Below, piece by piece: positions 1 through 11,641 of a stretch of 64,000 nucleotides of DNA. The stretch is from Pseudovirgaria hyperparasitica (lineage: Eukaryota), in assembly GCA_010093815.1 (NCBI GenBank), contig ML996567.1. One strand, written 5' to 3'. Both the position numbers and the translations under genes were made by a program. Each line of letters begins with the position of its first letter. Within the stretch, counting starts at the first letter, position 1. The notes beneath the pieces are model-generated. The model saw only the letters and a list, made by a program, of their open reading frames with translations. It searched no databases and was not told the origin of the DNA.

Positions 1-208
1 CAACAACAAGATGGCTATTTCGAACTCGATCGATGATACTGTTACGCCACCCAAGTACATCACTCCTGCCGAACTGCTCTACAGATGGCATGTATGTTTG
101 ACGAACTACCTTGGGTATAACTACAACACACTCACGTGGGTCTTGGGCAACGACAAGCCGCAAAATCCCAGCTGCAAGAAAGTCGATGTGCTAAGGACAT
201 TTGTCTAA
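1..208 (+). CDS. 3' end (partial) of a fungal small secreted/cell-wall-type protein
   Basis: Frame is open from the window edge to TAA at 206-208. The C-terminus LYRWHVC...YNTLTWVLGNDKPQNPSCKKVDVLRTFV resembles a two-cysteine motif I recall from fungal secreted proteins. The start lies outside the window. Confidence 0.6.
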   Translation, partial: NNKMAISNSIDDTVTPPKYITPAELLYRWHVCLTNYLGYNYNTLTWVLGNDKPQNPSCKKVDVLRTFV

Positions 209-1296
209 GCAATGAGTATTTGAGGATGGACGACGGTATAGAAGCTTTACACCCATGGTTCGAAGTTTTGATAGCCCTGGCCCGTAATATGCGACGGTGA
301 ATAAGGAAATGGCTCCAAACGAGCCCGAGATAATTTACCTTGAGGCGGACGGTGACGACTCTTGCACATGAACCTGTAACGTATGGCTGAAGACAGCACT
401 ATTAATAATTAATACGAAGCACTCCTTGTTGTACTCACTTTCGATGAAGAATCTTATGAGTTGACCGTTTACGTTCAGCCGGGACCAAGCATGACCTCAA
501 GAGTCTCGAGTCCTGCCTAAACGCTATTCGGTGCCCGGGTTGCTTGTCGCGGTGGGCTAATCACCCGCTACGCAGCCAGTCCATGCTAACCCTCCTAGGC
601 TACTATGTAGTATATGAGTTTCTATCCGTACGGTGAATAGAGACGCGGCTCGAGCTTGAAGTGGAATTGAATGGGTGGGAACTTATTGCTCTGTTTCAGG
701 CAAGCTCAATTTCCGCAGCAGTGAGTCGGTGCCACTCATTTCAGACTTTTAGAGACTGATTCTGTTTACTCAAGTCTGGAGCAAGAGCGTCCTCGTGCTT
801 GTTCACATCTACTCACATGCTCATGTCGATGGACGCAGTCAGATGTTCTTCTGGACTCTTGAAGGATAGCATTGTGTAAATTCAAGCGAATATCCCACGA
901 GACACAACGAGATATTCCGAGGATTGGTCACATACTTTCCCGAAAGAGGCAATGGTACACACTCACAAGTATGGGATGGATCGATATATAGAAATTCGGT
1001 GTCCAGGTCACACTTGGTTGCTAATGTTGTTGATGTGCTCGTCGTCAAGTCATGTATCTGATGTACAATCAAGACGAGACGCCGCTTCGTTGCCAATAGT
1101 GCACTCATAGTATCATTCGTGAAATGTAGTGACTTGCAATGGCACGAAGGGTAGACATGTTAGCCAAAGTGGACACGAAGCAAGACGGAAAAAAATGCTG
1201 TGATCAGCACGTAAAAGGATTTTCTAAACATATATATACATCGAAAGTAACTTCATGTTCCTCTGCTCTTTCTCATCGTACCATTTCCTCATCTAC

Positions 1297-2519
1297 TTAC
1301 CTTGTATACCATCCGTTCGTTGCCATGTACTTCAAATCCAACACACTTGAGCTTACGTTCTGAACATTTGGGACCCCCAGATTGCCCGCATCGTTCAAAA
1401 CCTCATTGCGAAGAGTCTGCATCGCCTTCCTAACGCCATCCACACCATAGCAATTGGCATACATAAACGGCCTCCCAATGCCCACCGCGCGGACTCCCAA
1501 GGCCAACATCTTCAACACATCCGTCCCGTACCGTACGCCACCATCGGCATACACCTCGATCTGCTTGAAGATCTCAGGCGCTTCATTGTAAATCTCCAAC
1601 GCGACCTCGAATGGGCTGGGGCTGAAATCAAGCTGACGCCCGCCGTGGTTAGACAGATAAATTGCAGGCGCCCCGTTCTCGACAGCGAGTTTGGCATCCT
1701 CGACACTCTGGATGCCCTTGGGCACCACGGGCAGGCTGGTCATGTTTGCAATCTTGCGGTAACGGGCCCAGGTAAAGAGGGTTAGACTATCGTCTGCGCT
1801 GCCAACTTGGTAGCGATTTGCACGCGTACGCACGCCGTTGGCAGCAGAGTCAACGGTCAGGAATATAGCTTTCTGGCCTGCAGCCGCGATCCGGTCGAGG
1901 CGCTGCTGGACGACAGTGTCGTTGTTGTCCACGTATAGCTGCTGGAAGCTGTGGAAGGTGGAATTCGATCCGTTAGTCTTCGCGGCTATGATTTCGTCCA
2001 TGGGAATCGAGCTGAAGAAGCTCGTGACGTAAAGCACGTTCTCCGCCTCCGCAGCCCGCACCAGACTCTTCTCGCCCTCCGGATTCGCATACCCTGCGCG
2101 TGCAGCAGGCGCGATGAAGAATGGCACTGAGTAGTTGTATCCGAGTATCTTTGTGGGCAGCGTGGACTCGACGTCCATGATATCAACAAAGACGCGTGGT
2201 CTCCAGCGGACACGGCCGAAAGATTCAAGGTTATTGCGGTATGACCATTCGCCGGCGGCGCCGTTGCGGTAGTAGGTGTAGGCGCTCACGTTCATGTAAT
2301 TACGGGCGGCGGCGTCAAAGTCGGGGATGCCTTGAATGGTTGAGAGATCGGGAAGGGAATGGTTGGTCGGGATGAAGGCTTCAAAACTATGAACTGTCAG
2401 TTCTAGCAGTGGGGAATATGATTGGGAAGAACTTGCCCAGTGTCTGGCTCATTGTCGAATGGCCGTACTGCGAGAGCAGTATGTATCAGAAGCGTTGCAA
2501 GTACGAGAATGAAAAGCAT
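1297..2519 (-). CDS. FMN-dependent alpha-hydroxy acid dehydrogenase/oxidase with N-terminal signal peptide, no cytochrome b5 domain (~390 aa)
   Basis: Motifs PFFIAPAA, QQLY, TVDS, VVPKG, SNHGGRQLD, DGGVRYGTDVLKMLALG, GRPF. Exon 1 (2519-2437, MLFILVLATLLIHTALAVRPFDNEPDTG) joins in frame through a 50-nt GC-AG intron (2436-2387; GCAAGT...CTGAC...CATAG). Confidence 0.92.
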
Positions 2520-4870
2520 ATTGAAGAAAGGTAGTTATACAACACGAAAAAAAATAAAGGAGTGAATTTACGCATACATAAAATCTTTCAATCCCTTGAT
2601 TAGAAGTCCACTCTTTATAACCTCGATCATCATCCTGACGCAATTGGCAATTCTCGTCCGCGACGCGCCAGCACATCCTTCAACCGGGTGATATATCGGG
2701 ATTCATATCCTGGAATAATGCTCTCCACCAATGTAGAGATCAGAGACCAAGTCACTCTCCACCAAGTCCAAGGCTGTGTCGTGTCCTAGCAGTCTGTGCC
2801 CAGGAACAAGGATGCTTACATTCCTAATTTGACTAGCTCGCAGATTGTCAAGCCTCGGCTGACAAATGAGCAGTGACATACCTACTGCTGTCAGTTTATG
2901 CCTCATGTCTATTATCTCCGTCAATCTGAATCCTCTGCCAAGGCGCTACACGATTTCTCGCAGAGGGTCTGGTTTTATTTATCATGGTATTTTAGGAAAA
3001 TGTTTACCGATGTAGCCGAGTTTTAGCCTGTTTCGTTCGTGCTCATTCATGAATCATCTTCTTATAAAAGCAAAATATAAGCCTACTAGCAAGTAGGTAG
3101 TAGAAGATGGTTTCGGTGGATGAACTCTATAAGCTCTAGTATCAGTAACTCTCTTTTCAAGTGTATAGGGGCTATCATGTACTTCTAACGGCTATTACTC
3201 GAGATAGTATACCATATACAAGTAGTAACTATACAGTAGCACAGAGGACGAGCAGTTCAACTTTGGACTCTATATAGATACCTCATGAGCTATAATAGTA
3301 TCGTAAAATTCCATAAATGTTATTTTTATCATGTAAAACTAGGTAAACACAGAACTAAGAAGTCCTAGGAATTCTCTAGTTGAAACCTAGCCGCTTAGCA
3401 TCTTGGCTAATTTCGGCTCTAGTTTCGGCTAGAGATAACGTCTTTATGCAGATTTTGATAACTGACAAGGTTTATGGAAGTACGTAACTCTGCAATGGAT
3501 CGTTATTTATTTTTGCTAGTCTTTGAATAGCTTACTCAGTCGAAATACAACCATATGCTTCTTCGGTACCTCTATTCAATTTAAAACACGGCGTCCCTGT
3601 ACGCTACAAGATACTATAGAAGGCTAGTTCCGGCACCAGGACCCGGTAAATGCTATCTGCATAACAACTTCTTGAATATACGAGAGCCACGAAGATGCGG
3701 CGAACCCCGAGGTGGCATCCACTGAGGGGCGCGTATAGAATGCTAATAATGATGGCGACATCATTCTGCGGAGTGACCAGGTATCACAGATGATACGGAT
3801 TGCTGTTTGCGTTTATGCAACTAAGGCTCCCTATCGAATATAATGGTATGCGTGGCTGGGTACATCTCGTCATGCATGCGCGTCGGTTCCTCGACCCAAA
3901 GTCTTCGCCATATCTCGTCTCTCACTCTTCAGATATGAAACACTGGCAATCGAGATCATAAATGTCTGCCTCGTTAGGCATCTTTTGCGGGAAACAAGGT
4001 ATTCCTGGCTGCGAAACAGCCGTTTCGGTGTCATGAATGGATCATCGAAACGTTGAGACATGCAATAATAAACAAGGCTAGGATTTACGATACATGCAGG
4101 GACAGCGGAAGTGGCGTTTGTTGCCGGAAACAACCTGACAAATGAGAAGTACTGAGTACGCGTAAGCATTCCTATAGAGATGGGTGGAAAAAGAGAGCGG
4201 CAAGAAAAGTGGCGCCCTCCAGAGTCCAGACTCATCCTGGGTCAGCAAGCTGGCGGTAACTATCGAGTTCGATAGCCAGAGTCCGCAGGGTGACCCAAGG
4301 AAATTCTTCTGCGGAAGGTGGCTCTAGTCTCAACCCGATTCATCAGTCGTAGACCATAATGAAGAACCTACACCCTTGTCTGTGGGTGTCCACGCGTCCA
4401 CATTACAGTGCTAGCGAGTCAGTGTAGATGATTCAGAGAGCGATGCCACTCAGTAAAGCTGCAGATAATGTTTATGTGGTCGAAATAGGCTCATCTGCAG
4501 CGTCGCGATTGGAACCAGACCCACTTTCGGCCGAGTTCCGGCTGCTTCCGAGGTTGCCTTGTGCTGCGCCACCGGCCAGAGCCATTGCACATGATAACTG
4601 GCTGTAGAGAATGTGTGAACAGAAACTGGATCATTGATCAATGCTTTTAAAATACAAATTCGAAATGAATGGTTTGACATCGACATAATTCATTCGCTGC
4701 ATAGCTTCATGGTTCCTTCAACCGTGCGCCTATGCAGATCTCCAACGCCAGACAATGCCAGACTAGTCAATCATTCGAGATAACGATAACAGCCTCAAAA
4801 TCTCTGCTCTCAGCATAGAGGACCAAAAAGGGAACCCACTGTAGACCAATACCATGCCTGATCATCGTCG

Positions 4871-7800
4871 TTACGCGGCAAGACTCCTCCGGCCCATCCC
4901 TCTCCGCATGCTCTCTAATTTCTTCACGATCCCCTCGTGTACTTTCCGAGATTTAGCCCAGTCGTCTCGCATTTTACACATGCGAATAGTCGCAATAATC
5001 CCGAGTCCGACAGCCTTGAGTGTCGGCCGACGGTCGTGGAATGACGCGTCTGGAGTGATGCCCATTTCAGCTACTAGATTTAGGGACGCCTTATTACTGT
5101 TCCTCCATTAGCACATTTCCTATCAACAACGAGGAAGTGGGAATTTACCAGATGCCGTACATGCCGACTGTGAGCAGGAACCACCTCTTTTGCCAGCCGA
5201 GGCCTTCGCGGAAACTTTCTTCCCGTTCACATCGCTTTCGAAGATAGCCGATTTGGCGGGCGAGGCCCCTGAGCTCACTCTGGTGTCGCTTCTCCATGCT
5301 CATTATTTCCTCGCGAAGGCGCAGTCCATCTTCGACGGCTGTGTCGTGGTCAATCTTAATACTGCGTAGGCGAGTCGTGGTTTCCTTGGTAGCATTACGG
5401 AGCTCAACGGTGAGACTTTGTACTTGCTGTTCCCGTTCTGCCAGCTCTTCTTGAAGCACGTTCAGCTCATCGGACATGTCCCGGATACGAATTTGTAGCT
5501 TGTTTATTTCGGATGTTGTTCGAGGAGATCGGCCGCTTGTTGCCTCAGCTTGCTGCAAGCGCGTCTCCAGTGTCTCTATCTCATCTTCCTTAGATGATAT
5601 CTGGAACTTTAGATTGTCAGTCTCATTTGCGGCTTTGCGAAGTTGTTTATCCTTCTCCCGGAGTTCGGAGCGCAGTTTCCCCTCGAGTTTGACGAGCTCA
5701 GTCTCCTTCTCCGTCACGCGCAACGAAAGTTCTTCAGCCTCAAGCTTAGCATTCTTGACAATTTCTTGTAACTTTCTTCGCTCTTCAGTCAAAACCTTCT
5801 CATTGCCAGTCTGACGCGAAGTATCGAGCTTCACTATCCGCGATTGGAGGGATTCGCGATCTTGGTCAGCGATCTTAACTTCTGACTCAAGAGTCGAAAC
5901 CTTGGTCTGAAGGGCCGTCTTCTCTCGCTCCGCTGTGCGGATCTCTTTCTCAAGCTCGGTGACTTTGACTTGAATGTTGTGCGATTCTTCAAGCTCTTTC
6001 TCTAGCAAAATGACCTTTTCTCGCAGCTCCTTCCTCTCTTGCTTCGTGTCCTCAGCATCATCAACCAACACCTGAATCTCATCTTCTAGATCCTGCTTAG
6101 CAGTCTCAAGCTCAACTTGAAGCTCTCTTATGGTCTCTAGGCGCTCTGCTGCCGTATCCTTGGCGTCGTCGAGCTCTCTATCTTTGCGGCTGAGGTCGTC
6201 ACGGAGATCTTCCAGCTCGTTATCGCGGTCACGCACTATATTTTGGACTGCTTCCAGTTGAGAATCGGGTTCATCTGCGTGCTGTCGAAGAGCTTCTAAT
6301 TCGGAGTTGCGCTCTTGCAGAGATTTCCGTGCATTCTCTAGTTCCCGCGTGCGCTCATTGACCATAAATTGGAGTTGCTTCATCTCTTCTATAGTCGTCT
6401 CCTGTGTAGAGACAGCTTTCCGTATAGTGGTCAATTCTTGGTCGCGCTGGCTAAGTCGCTGTTGAAGACGCTGCACTTCCTCGATGGCAGCATTTCTCTC
6501 CTCTGAAAATTTCTTTAGAGATTCGATCTCCTTCTCTCGTGCGTCAAGTTTTATTTGCACCGTCTGTGTGAGCTCTCTGGATGCAGCTTCATTGGCACCT
6601 GCTTGTTGTTGCTTCTCGTTGAGCTCTCTGAGTTGGTTTCGCACCTCTTCAAGCTCCTCCAGTTGAGATTCTGCGGCATCTAGTCGTACCGTCAAGCTCT
6701 CGATTTGAGAATCTTTCTCTCTTAGGGCTTTTCGTGCCTGCTCGCGAGAATCGTTTGCCGCTTGCTGCACCAATTGCACTTGATTGTCGCCCTGAGATTC
6801 AGCAAGCCTGATCCGGTCCATAAGAGAATCAATATCGTCTTGCTTAGAATGCTCCATAGACTGGGCTTGGCGTTGAAGCGCACGGATCTCGAGTTGCTTC
6901 TCGCGATCAAGGCTCTTGAGTTGCTCTTCCAGATCTGCTTGTTTTCGAAGTGCTTCTTCGTCAGACGTGTGCAGCCTTTGTTTCAACTCTTCAAGTTCGG
7001 CATTCTTCGCCTGAAGCTGCTTGTCAAGCCGGCTTTGCACTTCTTCTCCCTCATTGTCCCGTTCTCGCTCTAGGCGCTGTAGATCGTCTTTCAGCGCAGC
7101 AATATGCTCCTCCTGTTCTGCAATCCGCCTGTCTTTCTCCTCAACCTCAGCGTCAGCCTCACCGCTCGCGACTCGAAGCTTGGCCTCCAGTGCTTCTACC
7201 TCGTCTTCTTTCTGATCAAGCAGGCTCTCCTTCTCGCGCAGCTCTGCCTCAAGGTCACCAATATCATCTCGGTATTTCTCGGCTTGTCGGTCGTCCGATT
7301 GTGCATTGTCCAGTTTTTCTCGAAGTTCGTCGAGCTCAACAGCACGCTCCTCATTTATTCTCCGGAGCTCATCCATTTCTTCCCGTATCGCATCGTCCAT
7401 GTGCCTTCTCTTAACCTTCTCTGCATATTCCCTGAGTTGTTGTCGATATTGCTCCAGCTCGTACTCTGCCTGTTTCATAGACTTTCGATAGGTCCGAAGG
7501 TTCAATTGCATTTCTGCAGAGCTTTTCTTCAGTTCGACGTTCTCTTTGGACATTATTTGGTAATGTTCGGGTCCGTTCCTGGTCAAGTTTTCTTCTAGAT
7601 AGTGTATCTTTAGCTTCAGGCCAAAGTTTTCTTTGTCGATCTGTTCAAGTTTCTAAAGAATCATGAGCGTGTGGTTTAGAAGGAAATCATCTGAACTTAC
7701 AGCTTCCTGCTCGCGGAGCGTCAAAACGTTTCCACCGTCTCCGAATCCTTCCTCACCTCTTCTTGGTAATGCCAAAGGAGTGCTCATCATACTGCTACTC

Positions 7801-8264
7801 GCGGCCGGTGGTAGAGGCGTTCCGGTTGACTGATTGACTAGGCTACTGGAGCTGTACATTTCGCTGGGTTCTGGTAATGGCGTGTTCCCTAGTTTAAAGC
7901 CTGGCTTCATTGCGGCAGGTGTAATGGCCTCCCCAGGTACCCTGAAACGAGGGGTAGTATCATGATCGCCAAGATGTTCGGCGAGAGCGGCGCGCTTTGT
8001 AGCAGATTTTAGGAGGGGAGTGAACTCCTCCGCTCGACGTGGTTGTCGCAGCTGAGCGAGCGGGATCCGTTGTTGTACGGGTGTAGAGTGTATTCCGCGT
8101 TGCGAGCGCATTTGTGATACGATATCCTGGCGTCCGCCGGGTCCCTTGGACGGTGACGCGAATGATTGAACCTCCGAGAACTCAGGCGCGGCAAAACTCA
8201 TACCCTCTGCTATATGAGTTTCGCCGTAATCGGTGCGCGGCGATTCAACTATGCCTGCCATCAT
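4871..8264 (-). CDS. pcp1: Spindle pole body gamma-tubulin receptor Pcp1/PcpA (CM1 motif, long coiled coil, C-terminal PACT domain)
   Basis: Intron 7700-7653 restores the CM1 motif LTLREQEA|KLEQIDKENFGLKLKIHYLEE. About 800 aa of heptad coiled coil follow. Intron 5148-5097 restores the PACT-like end (REESFREGLGWQKRWFLL...RRPTLKAVGLGIIATIRM). Confidence 0.88.
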
Positions 8265-8557
8265 GGGAGCGTGGCGCGACGTTCTTGGGGATACGAAGAA
8301 TTTAGGGTTAATGAGTGTAGCAGACCATGCGGAAGAGAAACGATGGCGCGTCGAAATGCAAGCGCCTGCGTGTGATTGTTGTACATAGGTATCTGATGGA
8401 ACGCGCTTGTCAAGTAAACAAAGAAGCCGCGCCGGATTTAAGCCTATTTTGTTGCGCTAGTCATGCGTCATCACGTGAATCTACCGATGCCAAGAACGTC
8501 GGAGCTTTGAAGTTGCCTCCTGGTCGGGCATTCCGTTCATCTCGTTTCCATGTCAAA
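8265..8557. promoter_or_regulatory. Compact bidirectional promoter between pcp1 and the SGT1/ECD-like gene
   Basis: 293 nt between divergent ATGs. Contains GTAAACAAA (forkhead-type, 8414-8422), TCACGTGA (bHLH/Cbf1-type, 8471-8478) and CGCG cores. The motifs are short and their function is not demonstrated. Confidence 0.45.
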
Positions 8558-10417
8558 ATGGAGCGACCACAAGATGATGGACTCAAGTGGTTTGGTGAAG
8601 GGTTTGATGGATTCCCCAAGCGACTTCCCGGAGACTGCGTTGAGTACAGTATACGCATTATTGATTCCAAACTTCCGGATACGGCGATCAGGGAAAAACT
8701 CAGCAATGTGGAGCGTACAGCTTCTAGACTGAGTAGGGAACTACTGAAAGACTATATCTGGCAGAGAGATATCTTTACTCTCAATCTCAAGCGAGAAGAC
8801 AATTTCTGGATCCTCCACGGCCGTACAGATTTTGGCGATTCCGTCGCGGACGAATGGCTCATCGTGTATTTACTAAGGGAGCTGAGCCGACTAATTGACA
8901 ACGCCTGGATACGAGTATATGACACTGATGGAGAATTCCTGCTGATAGAAGCAGCAAATGCGCTTCCGCGCTGGCTCAATCCCGAGGTTGCCCAAAATAG
9001 AGTGTGGATTCATGGAGGGAAGCTTCTCATCATTCCATTGCATCAATCGTTGACGTCGCAAGGGAGAACCAGCCCGATCACGAAGCCGTTGTCAATGATA
9101 GAGGCTACTTGCTTTATATGTCGAAGCCCAAGAAAGTTGACACATTCGCCATTAATCGAGGAGGAGGCTTTTTACCGCATTCGCAATCATCCAGGTCAGA
9201 TCAAAGACAATCTCCATCATGCACCACTATACATTCCACGGAGGCTTGCATATGTAGTACATAAAAATCCAAGTCATGTCAGTGCAGCTATAGAAGCATT
9301 CTATCTCCGCGATCCTATAGCAGTCCGGCCATTAAATACGAAAGACAAAAGCACCCTCAACTTTCCGCCCGAGGACTTCGTTAAAACTGTGGTAGGTTTC
9401 AACAAGGTGGGGTACGCACAACTCTACAGTCAGGATTTCACGCCCTCGAAACTATGGGAGGAGTGGCTGCACGAGACCAATGATGCTGTCACACGAAAGC
9501 GTTGGGAAGTCGCAATGAAGCTTACTTGTGGGTTTGAAATGTTGGTGGAGGATCCGCAAAATCAGGACAAACGTGCTGTGCGAGAAATAAAACTTCTACT
9601 GGAAGATCTTGGTAGTGGCGAAGAGCAGCTCCCATGCGACAAAGAGGTAGAATCATGGGTAGTCCAGGAGGATAACGAAGACTGGTTGGATATCGACCTG
9701 GAGAGTCTTGAAGATGAGCTTCAGGGAAGGAAAGGCAATGGAAAGAGAGGCGCCAAGGGAGGCTTTGGTGATGAGGCGACTCAAGACAATCTGCGCAAGA
9801 TGGTGCAGCGATTTGAAGATTTCTTGAATAACGACGAATCTGATGATATGGACGAAGATAACGATAACGAAGACGAAGAAGACCAAACAGATGAGGACGA
9901 GGACCGAGAAGTCTCGTTCGATGAGGAAGAGTTCGTGAAACTGATGACTGAAATGATGGGCCTTCCGCCTGCATTAGGAGGAGAAACACATCAAGACAGA
10001 GTAGAATTGGGAAGGGCACTAGCATCCCTGACAGAGTTCAAGGTAGATGGTGCCAAGGCTGATACTTCTGAGGATGTTGATGATGATGATGACGGAGACG
10101 ACGCTGAAGATATTAGAACGTTGTCGGAGCTCATGGGATTGGAATTGAAAGCTGCTGAGGCTCTTAACTTGAACATAGACCCATCAGGAAGGTCTGCACG
10201 TACATCGGGGGTCAAGTGTTCCGGGGAGCCAGTGACAACTGGGAAAGTGAAGAGAAATCAGGCCAACGAGGCGGTTGGCAACGTCTTCGAAGCATCAGAA
10301 GATGAAGAGAAAAGTGACATAGATATCGATTTCGAACTCGCGAATGACCTTCTGAAGAATCTTCAGGGGTTAAGCGTAGTCAATGTCGCTGCTGGTAATA
10401 CCAATGGTCTGAAATAG
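8558..10417 (+). CDS. SGT1/ecdysoneless (ECD) family protein (~619 aa)
   Basis: Motifs YIWQRD.F.L, GRTDFGDSVADEWLIVYLLRELS, DGEFLLIEAANALPRWLNPE...NRVWI, AFYLRDPI, MKLTCGFEML, then an acidic C-terminal region. Start placed at ATG 8558 (MERPQDDG), in frame with ORF 8327. Confidence 0.9.
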   Translation: MERPQDDGLKWFGEGFDGFPKRLPGDCVEYSIRIIDSKLPDTAIREKLSNVERTASRLSRELLKDYIWQRDIFTLNLKREDNFWILHGRTDFGDSVADEWLIVYLLRELSRLIDNAWIRVYDTDGEFLLIEAANALPRWLNPEVAQNRVWIHGGKLLIIPLHQSLTSQGRTSPITKPLSMIEATCFICRSPRKLTHSPLIEEEAFYRIRNHPGQIKDNLHHAPLYIPRRLAYVVHKNPSHVSAAIEAFYLRDPIAVRPLNTKDKSTLNFPPEDFVKTVVGFNKVGYAQLYSQDFTPSKLWEEWLHETNDAVTRKRWEVAMKLTCGFEMLVEDPQNQDKRAVREIKLLLEDLGSGEEQLPCDKEVESWVVQEDNEDWLDIDLESLEDELQGRKGNGKRGAKGGFGDEATQDNLRKMVQRFEDFLNNDESDDMDEDNDNEDEEDQTDEDEDREVSFDEEEFVKLMTEMMGLPPALGGETHQDRVELGRALASLTEFKVDGAKADTSEDVDDDDDGDDAEDIRTLSELMGLELKAAEALNLNIDPSGRSARTSGVKCSGEPVTTGKVKRNQANEAVGNVFEASEDEEKSDIDIDFELANDLLKNLQGLSVVNVAAGNTNGLK

Positions 10418-10736
10418 TCACAGCAGACCAATCCCCATTGATTGGGCTTACACTTATTGCACTCATCGTGGTCGTCTCGTCTTTTCTGCGCCCGGGGACA
10501 CATAATTGCTCTGGAGCGGCTTTATGGCTATGTTATAGCACATTCGACAGGCTCCTAAGTCGTGGCAAGGGTAAGAGTATGCTGCCCAGGAGGCCCAGGC
10601 ACTTTGTCCCGCCGGCCCTCAGTAAGAAGCAATACTACGGACCGATGCCAGGAATTGCACACTATCCAAGCATTCCAGAGTACCTCGTCGTGACCTACGA
10701 ATGCTACGAGGAGACCGATGTACGCACATCGTCATA

Positions 10737-11272
10737 TCAGACTCCAGTCATTGTATGTTCTGTACTTCCGCGCTCTTTGAGTAGCTTCTCCACTACCGCC
10801 CTTGCTTGAGCCATCAATTCACCCTCGAAACCTCGTCCGACATCCCCTCTTCGTTCATTGAGCCAGCCCACATCCAGTTGTCCGAGACTCATGTGTCTTC
10901 CATCTCCTTGATCTTCTGCTTTGCTAGCAATTATACCTGCGTCTTCAAGGGCTTTCGTCTGTGCTGCGAGCGCATCTTGTACGTCAAGAACGAGGGAAAA
11001 GTACCTTCTGGCTGCCTTGAGAAAGGCTCTTTTGTGCTCATCTGTTGGATCCGGGTCATTCTCAGCTAGTGTTGGGTTATTCGTAGGCGAAGGTGAAAGG
11101 GCGACCATGGCGGCGCGAGCATATTTGAGGATCTCTGGAATTTTCTTATTGACATTTAGCTAGATTCAGCAAGTAGTTAACATAGTCTTACCTGATCAAT
11201 GACATTCAACTCGCGAATGTGCTTAGCAGCGTTCGAGGCGTCGCGCAATTCTTTAGGTGGACTACCTTCCAT
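10737..11272 (-). CDS. MED11: Mediator subunit Med11-like protein
   Basis: Exon 1 (11272-11192, MEGSPPKE...HIRELNVIDQ), donor GTAAGA at 11191, acceptor 11145 (or 11160, also in frame). C-terminal LGQLDVGWLN...E.ELMAQAR motif typical of filamentous-fungal Med11. Confidence 0.75.
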
Positions 11273-11641
11273 CGCGTATCGACGTCAGGCGCTCGGGTTT
11301 AGGACATGCATGAGAGAGAAGTGAATCCGCTAAGTTCTGTTCTGACTGCGGAGCTGCTCCGTACGGTAACTACGGAGCAGTCGGCTCGCTGCGCGTTGAT
11401 CACACAGCTTTGTCTGCTGTGGCGCTTCATCACATTAATACGCATCTCCACCTCGCACATCTGCGCAAACCTACTCCTCTCAGCACAGCAATATCGAACT
11501 CTTGCTCAGCATATGTAGACATTGCCCAGGCTCCGTGTGTATTCGCATATTGACCTGAAGTCACGCGTTTCCAACAGAAGACACCGCACCAATATCCAGA
11601 TCTATCAGGCATTCCATCGAGGCCGGAAAGTCTCCTTCGAG

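Noticed and set aside
4871..8264. CM1 plus PACT domains in one protein as a novel fusion
   Set aside because: This is the established architecture of Pcp1/PcpA/Spc110-type proteins.
8327..8557. 77-codon N-terminal extension of the SGT1/ECD ORF
   Set aside because: It lies in the bidirectional promoter only 62 nt from the pcp1 start, and family-like sequence begins at ATG 8558.
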